A stretch of 63,383 nucleotides of DNA, the filler included, from an uncultured Methanosarcinales archaeon (lineage in GTDB: Archaea > Nanobdellota > Nanobdellia > Woesearchaeales > CAYXTQ01): the NCBI GenBank assembly GCA_964608065.1. It is 3 parts of 3 records of this genome, joined end to end, with 100 filler letters (N's around TTAATTAATTAA, not from the genome) between each part and the next. Parts side by side here need not be neighbours in the genome. Positions count along the whole stretch, not along the records: positions 43,929 to 63,383 come from CAZSMA010000018.1; 2 more parts are not named here. One strand, given 5' to 3'. The position numbers and the translations under genes are program-made. The number at the start of each line of letters is the position of its first letter. The first letter of the stretch is position 1. Positions 58,058 through 63,383 of this stretch are shown here, piece after piece. The notes beneath the pieces were generated by a model. The model made no database searches. It saw only the letters and a list, made by a program, of their open reading frames with translations, and was not told the origin of the DNA.

Positions 58058-59473
58058 TTACTTTCCTTTCAGTACATTCAAAAATCCTTTAAATCCTTTA
58101 ATGACTTCTAAAGTGTTTTTTGGACTAAGTAATCTTTTAGCATAGAAAAAAATTTGTTTAGGCCTGAGATAGAATTTTCTGTAAGCAATTTTATAATATT
58201 TTTTTAATATGTCTTTTGAAAGATCTTTTGGAATAAAGTTAGGTTCATAGAACTTAAAATGTTCTGGATTATTGAATATTCCATATTCTTGATAGTTTTC
58301 ATATAATGGTGCTCCTGGGACTGGTGTGAAGTAGTTTAAATACATTTCATCAAGAGGTAATTCAAGCATGAATTTTAATGTCTTTTTTATATCCTCTTCT
58401 GTTTCCCCAGGTAAACCAATCATAAAAAATCCACGGGCATTTATACCTGCCTTTTTTGCCATATAAACTGCTTTTTTGATTTGATCTAAACTTATGTTTT
58501 TTTTCAGTATGTCTAATATTCTTTGTGAACCAGATTCAATACCATACATTATCTCCCAGCAGCCGCTTTTTTTCATTAATTTTAAAATGTTATAGTTAAC
58601 CTGGTCTACTCGCGCATCACATGACCATGTGATGTCTATTTTTTCTTTTATTATTCTGTTGCATATTTCTTCAACTCTTTTTCTTGATAAAAGAAAGTTA
58701 TCTTCATAAAAACAGATATCTTTTATCTTGTACTTTTTTATTAGGAATTTTATTAATCTGATTACATAATCTGCACTAAAGAATCTGCATGTGCTTCCGT
58801 ATATTGCTTTTGAGCAGAAAGCGCATTTTCCAAAACAACCACGGGAGGTTATTATTGAAAAAGTTGGTGATCTCTTGTAGTTTGTAATAGCAGGCTTGTA
58901 ATATTTATCAACATTCTCCAGAAGGTCGTAAGCAGGAAATGGCAGTTCATCAAGGTTTTTTATATATTCGCGAGGTTTAGTTTTTATAAGCTTTCCATTA
59001 TGTCTGAATATAATACCATCTATTTTTATAAGTTTATCATATTTTGCATCAGATTCCATAAGTTCTAGAATAGTAATTTCTCCTTCTTGGAGAACACCAA
59101 AATCTATGCTTTTACATTTTTCCATTGTTTCTTCAGGCAATGCAGTTATATGTGCACCGCCCAGAACAGTTTTTATGTTAGGATTCATATTCTTAACAAG
59201 ATCCATAAACTTAAATGTGCTTATTATAAGTCTTGATGTAGCACTTATACCTATAAAATCAGGATTTTCTTTTTTTATTATCTCAATTAAATCTTCAGAA
59301 GTTAGTTTAGCAGGTAAAGGATCAATTATTTTTACTTCATGGTTGGCTTTTCTGATAACTGCAGCGAGACTTGCTAAGTTGTGTGGAGGAATCATACTGC
59401 CAGCTTCTTCAAAAGCCCCCCAAAATTTTGAATTGTCTGGAGGGGGAGTCATTAAAATTATTTTTTTTCCCAT
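58058..59473 (-). CDS. Cobalamin-binding radical SAM protein 6
   Basis: PPHNLASL, GGAHIT, EGE, TSRGCFGKCAFC, GIESGS. Confidence 0.92.
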   Translation of the reverse strand: MGKKIILMTPPPDNSKFWGAFEEAGSMIPPHNLASLAAVIRKANHEVKIIDPLPAKLTSEDLIEIIKKENPDFIGISATSRLIISTFKFMDLVKNMNPNIKTVLGGAHITALPEETMEKCKSIDFGVLQEGEITILELMESDAKYDKLIKIDGIIFRHNGKLIKTKPREYIKNLDELPFPAYDLLENVDKYYKPAITNYKRSPTFSIITSRGCFGKCAFCSKAIYGSTCRFFSADYVIRLIKFLIKKYKIKDICFYEDNFLLSRKRVEEICNRIIKEKIDITWSCDARVDQVNYNILKLMKKSGCWEIMYGIESGSQRILDILKKNISLDQIKKAVYMAKKAGINARGFFMIGLPGETEEDIKKTLKFMLELPLDEMYLNYFTPVPGAPLYENYQEYGIFNNPEHFKFYEPNFIPKDLSKDILKKYYKIAYRKFYLRPKQIFFYAKRLLSPKNTLEVIKGFKGFLNVLKGK

Positions 59474-59496
59474 TTTAATTTTTTTTTTTTTAATTT

Positions 59497-60468
59497 CTAA
59501 ATCATCTTTTTTCTTAGTTTTAATAAATTGCCTATATTAGCATCAACTTGCCAGCCAGTGCATTCTCTGCAGATAGGATAATCTTTAAAGTCTAGGTTAA
59601 GATGAGCTCTTCTGAATTTTTTAAATGCTCCATTGTTCCAGATCTCTTCAATAGTGTTGTTATTTACATTACCCATTATCAGGCTGGAGTTATAATCAAG
59701 GCAGCATGGTGATACATTACCCTGATAGTCAATAGTCATCCAATACCATGGATAGTTGCAGACATAACGTTTATTATCCTTATGATTAGATTTTAAATCT
59801 AAGTCTTCTATATCCCCCCATTTAAAGAAGCAGCTGGTTTCAACCCAATCTGCTTTGTTTTTCCATTTTATTATGAATTCTTTTTCTTCGTTATGGTTTT
59901 CCTCTAGTTTCAGGAATTTTACCCTCACAAAAGGTTTTTTTAATTTGTTTTCATTTCTTAGCTTTAAAAAATCATTAACATTTTTTTCAACTTTTTCCAG
60001 ATAGTCATGTCCTTTTAGTTTTTTGTAAGTATCTGGGTTGACAGCATCTATACTTATCCTTAAATCATCAAGACCGCTGTTTAAAATCTTTTTACTCATT
60101 CCTTCATTTAGTAAAGAAGCGTTTGTAGTTATTTGTATTATGTGTGCTGCTTTTTTATCGTTAGCATATTTTATCAATTCATCAATTTTTGGATGTAGTA
60201 ATGGTTCTCCGTCTTTAGCCAGTCCAATAACACCCCTTTTTCCATATTTGACACTTTCATCAATCAGTTTTTTGTAAAGATTAAAATCAAGATAGCCTAA
60301 TTTTCTGTTTCCCTGCAGTCTTGGACAGAATCTGCAGCTTGAGTTACAGTTATTTGTAGCTTCAACAAACAAAAATAAAGGAAATTTTGATGAGATAAAT
60401 GTGTTTAGGAAAAGGCCTCTGGCTAATTTGCTTGTTTTTAACACCCTGATAAAGTCAGTTACCCTCAT
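59497..60468 (-). CDS. Radical SAM/SPASM-twitch protein (BtrN-like architecture)
   Basis: EATNNCNSSCRFC, GEPLL; CNYPW..SPCC..GN..ICREC. Confidence 0.9.
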   Translation of the reverse strand: MRVTDFIRVLKTSKLARGLFLNTFISSKFPLFLFVEATNNCNSSCRFCPRLQGNRKLGYLDFNLYKKLIDESVKYGKRGVIGLAKDGEPLLHPKIDELIKYANDKKAAHIIQITTNASLLNEGMSKKILNSGLDDLRISIDAVNPDTYKKLKGHDYLEKVEKNVNDFLKLRNENKLKKPFVRVKFLKLEENHNEEKEFIIKWKNKADWVETSCFFKWGDIEDLDLKSNHKDNKRYVCNYPWYWMTIDYQGNVSPCCLDYNSSLIMGNVNNNTIEEIWNNGAFKKFRRAHLNLDFKDYPICRECTGWQVDANIGNLLKLRKKMI

Positions 60469-61682
60469 TTTAAACTTTTGATGACCTCTTTGTAAACATC
60501 TTCTACTTTAATGTTTTTTATGCATAAATTATTTTTGCATTGCGATAATCTTTGATTATAGCCTGTTAGACATGGGCTACAAGCATAACCTAAACAAAAG
60601 GTTTTTAAATTTTTCCCAAGTTGCCCATATAATTCAGGAGTTCCTGGACCGAAGAAGATTAATGATTTGATGTTTGTTAATGAAGCAAAATGCGCTGGAC
60701 CGCAGTCACATGATACAAATACGTTGGATATGTTGAATAAATGGATTAATTCTGCCATATTGGTTGTTTGACCTGTGAAATCAATGCATCTGCTGTCTTT
60801 AATATAATCTTGTATCTTGATTGCTGCTTGTTTTTCATTTGCAAGCCCTATTATAACAACAAATAGATTATTGTTATTTTTTAAAATTTTATTTGTAAGT
60901 TCGCAATAGTTTTTAAGTGTCCAGTTTCTAAGAGACATCTGCATAGAAGGGTTAGGATTAATGATAATTATTTTGCTATTTGGGTTGATTTTGTTGTTTA
61001 TGTTCTTTAGTTTTGAATATATGTGCTTTTTATCTTTTTTATTGGATTTAATTGTTTGTAGTGAGTAGTCCTGGTCTTTAACATTTTTTTTTAATAATGG
61101 AATATCATTTAAGCTAGATTTTAATGACATGATCATTGCCATATAGCTTTTGCTTATATGTGTATGTTCTGTGTATTGTATTTTGTGGGTTTGGAAGTTT
61201 CCTATGTAAAGTCCTTTTAGATTATAAGGATGAAATCCAACCTTGTTTTTAGCACCACACCAAAAACCAAGCAATGTATTGAATCTTACAAATGGTTCAA
61301 GGTTGATTACTGTGTCAATATTTTTTATTCTAGCAGAAACTAGGAAATTTAAAGTGCTTAATATAAATGAAAATGGGTTTTTTGGGTTTATTGAGAAAAT
61401 ATTATTTAATCCTAGTGCCTTAAGGCCGTGTTCATTTCCTTTGAAAACAAGGAAGAATAGTTTTGAGTTTGGGAACAATCTTTTAGCTTTTTCAATAGCT
61501 GGTTTTGAGAGAACAATAATACCCATTTCAGCAAGGGATATGAACAATATGTTCTTAGGCTGTGTTTTTCCATGTTTTCTGTAAAATCCAAGAAATTTCC
61601 AAAAAGAAAGCCACATAGATGTAATGAAACATAAAGGAATACCTACATACATATCTATGAATCTTACCATCCCCTCATTCAT
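60465..61682 (-). CDS. GT9 heptosyltransferase-like glycosyltransferase 2
   Basis: ILFISLAEMG, RNW, DCGPAHFA, FGP, CSPC..C..C. Confidence 0.88.
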   Translation of the reverse strand: MNEGMVRFIDMYVGIPLCFITSMWLSFWKFLGFYRKHGKTQPKNILFISLAEMGIIVLSKPAIEKAKRLFPNSKLFFLVFKGNEHGLKALGLNNIFSINPKNPFSFILSTLNFLVSARIKNIDTVINLEPFVRFNTLLGFWCGAKNKVGFHPYNLKGLYIGNFQTHKIQYTEHTHISKSYMAMIMSLKSSLNDIPLLKKNVKDQDYSLQTIKSNKKDKKHIYSKLKNINNKINPNSKIIIINPNPSMQMSLRNWTLKNYCELTNKILKNNNNLFVVIIGLANEKQAAIKIQDYIKDSRCIDFTGQTTNMAELIHLFNISNVFVSCDCGPAHFASLTNIKSLIFFGPGTPELYGQLGKNLKTFCLGYACSPCLTGYNQRLSQCKNNLCIKNIKVEDVYKEVIKSLK

Positions 61683-61778
61683 AATTTAATTAAAATGACA
61701 GCATACTTATAAATATTTTGTGAAATAAACCTAAAAAAAAGAGAAAACTTAATAAATTAATAAATAAAAATCAGTATA

Positions 61779-62642
61779 ATGGGGTTGAGTATGGAAAAAG
61801 ACAGTATAGTCATTGCAGCAGACCATAATGGTGTAGAGTTAAAAGCACATATAAAGGTGCATTTAAAGGAATTAGGCTATAATTGTGTAGATTTAGGACC
61901 TTATACTGGGGGGAAGAAGGTTGATTATGTTGATTATGCTAATCAGGTTGGAGAGATTGTAAACCAAGGAGATGTAAAAAAAGGAATCCTGATCTGCGGT
62001 ACTGGGGTTGGTATGAGTATTGTTGTCAATAAGTTTCCTAATGTAAGGGGCGCTTTGGTTCATAATGTAGATACTTCAATAAAGTCTAGGGAGCATAATG
62101 ATTCAAATGTGCTGTGCTTCGGATCATGGGTTATTAATAAAGAATTAGCTGTTAAGATTGTGGATAGTTGGCTTAATGGTTCTTTTAGTGAAGGAAGGCA
62201 TGTAAAAAGGCTTGAGAAGATTGTTCCACACAGTAAGGAAAAGATAATATTTACTAATGGAATATTTGATGTTTTACATACAGGCCATATAGAGCTGTTG
62301 AAATTCTGTAAAAGTCTTGGAGGCATGTTGATTGTTGGTATAAATTCAGACAGAGCAGTTAAAGAACTGAAAGGACCTGGAAAGCTGATAAATAATGAAG
62401 AAGATAGAAAGATGGTTTTAGAGTCTGTAGGGTTTGTTGATGAGGTTGTTACTTTTGATGATATTGGGACTAAAAGTATAATAGATGAAATAAAGCCGAA
62501 TATAGTTGTTAAAGGTGGAGATTGGACAGCAGAAGAAGTAAGGAAGAGAGATAATATCCCTGATGATATAGAAGTTAAGGTCTTTCCGTTTGTTGATGAT
62601 ATCTCCACAATAAATAACAAAGTATTGAACCTAAGAAAATGA
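61779..62642 (+). CDS. RpiB/LacAB sugar-phosphate isomerase fused to HldE(RfaE) domain II-type nucleotidyltransferase
   Basis: ADHNG, DYVD, ICGTGVG, REHNDSN, GRHVKR; then TNGIFDVLHTGH (HIGH), GINSD, VKGGDW. Confidence 0.9.
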   Translation: MGLSMEKDSIVIAADHNGVELKAHIKVHLKELGYNCVDLGPYTGGKKVDYVDYANQVGEIVNQGDVKKGILICGTGVGMSIVVNKFPNVRGALVHNVDTSIKSREHNDSNVLCFGSWVINKELAVKIVDSWLNGSFSEGRHVKRLEKIVPHSKEKIIFTNGIFDVLHTGHIELLKFCKSLGGMLIVGINSDRAVKELKGPGKLINNEEDRKMVLESVGFVDEVVTFDDIGTKSIIDEIKPNIVVKGGDWTAEEVRKRDNIPDDIEVKVFPFVDDISTINNKVLNLRK

Positions 62643-63383
62643 GTATAAAGAAAAAAAAAGTTTTGTTAGTTGGAGATTTAATTCTTGATGTATATGTGCA
62701 TGGAACATATATTGGTGAATCATTGGAGACTCCAACAATTGTTGCTAAAGAGGATAAAAAAGAAAAATTCTTTGGGGGCTCAAGTCTTGTTGCAAGGAAT
62801 CTTTTGGAATTGGGTGCAGAAGTATGCTATATTTCTGTTTTAGGAGGAGATGAAGAGTCAAAACATTATGATAATTTTGAACACAAGAACCTTAAAAAGA
62901 ATTTTATATTAGATAAAAGCAGAAAGACAACAGTAAAAAAAAGGTTTTGGGTAGATGGCTATAAGATGCTGCAGTTTGATAATCTGGATAATAAGGATAT
63001 TGAAGAGAAAATAGAAAAACAAGTTATTGATTTGTTTAGAAAAAATATTGATTGGTGTGATGTTGTTGTAGTAGCAGATTACAGGCATGGTATGATGACA
63101 AAGAAACTGATTTCTGATATGAAAAAAATTGCAGAAGAGAATAATAAAATGATAATTGTTGATTCACAAGTTAGCCATAGGGAAAGTGTGCATGAACTTT
63201 ATAAGGATTTTTATTTGGTATGCTTGAGTGAAAAAGAAGCAAAAGAGATTGATCCAAACTATTTACCTAGTTTAGATTTGCAATCTTTTGATGTGTTAAA
63301 AAGCAAACTAGGAAATTCTAATATTTGTGTTAAATTAGGAGAAAAAGGTTCTATAAGTTTAATAGATGGAGCTGTTTATGAGA
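62639..63383 (+). CDS. HldE(RfaE) domain I-like PfkB sugar-phosphate kinase (truncated by window end)
   Basis: Manual translation MSIKKKKVLLVGDLILDVYVHG..SLETPT..GGSSLVARNLLELG..TTVKKRF..ADYRHG..KLGEKG; ATGA overlap with upstream stop. Confidence 0.88.
   Translation, partial: MSIKKKKVLLVGDLILDVYVHGTYIGESLETPTIVAKEDKKEKFFGGSSLVARNLLELGAEVCYISVLGGDEESKHYDNFEHKNLKKNFILDKSRKTTVKKRFWVDGYKMLQFDNLDNKDIEEKIEKQVIDLFRKNIDWCDVVVVADYRHGMMTKKLISDMKKIAEENNKMIIVDSQVSHRESVHELYKDFYLVCLSEKEAKEIDPNYLPSLDLQSFDVLKSKLGNSNICVKLGEKGSISLIDGAVYE

Noticed and set aside
1..63383. CRISPR arrays, tRNA/rRNA genes, transposases, integrases, prophage genes
   Set aside because: None recognised by eye; short or degenerate elements could have been missed without computational scans.

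Overview
AT-rich archaeal sequence, most likely a DPANN (Woesearchaeota/Nanoarchaeota-like) metagenome-assembled genome. This is inferred from FtsZ2, aCPSF1-psmB synteny, LonB, Dph6, type II MetAP and recurrent TATA boxes about 23-25 nt upstream of leaderless start codons. The window is three contigs joined by artificial N44-TTAATTAATTAA-N44 linkers (1-22070, 22171-43828, 43929-63383), plus a 100-N gap at 53031-53130. Contig 1 has housekeeping genes, two ATP-grasp ligases, an unannotated operon of Shine-Dalgarno-equipped micropeptides (12-60 aa), a candidate ~90-nt structured ncRNA, Mg2+/osmotic transporters and three membrane-anchored hydrolases. Contig 2 has LonB, a bacterial-type ThrRS with a structured 5' leader, a bacterial-type Lgt, a thiol-redox/copper island and a complete hydG-hydE-hydF [FeFe]-hydrogenase maturase operon. 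Contig 3 is an ~18.6-kb cluster of six cobalamin-binding radical SAM enzymes, two SPASM/twitch-type radical SAM enzymes, two GT9 heptosyltransferase-like enzymes, a TMTC-like GT-C/TPR glycosyltransferase, a membrane phosphodiesterase-family protein, a methyltransferase, and HldE-like enzymes with an unusual RpiB fusion. It is the best candidate for an undescribed archaeal heptose-like surface-glycan tailoring system. All calls come from motif recognition by eye; no searches were run.
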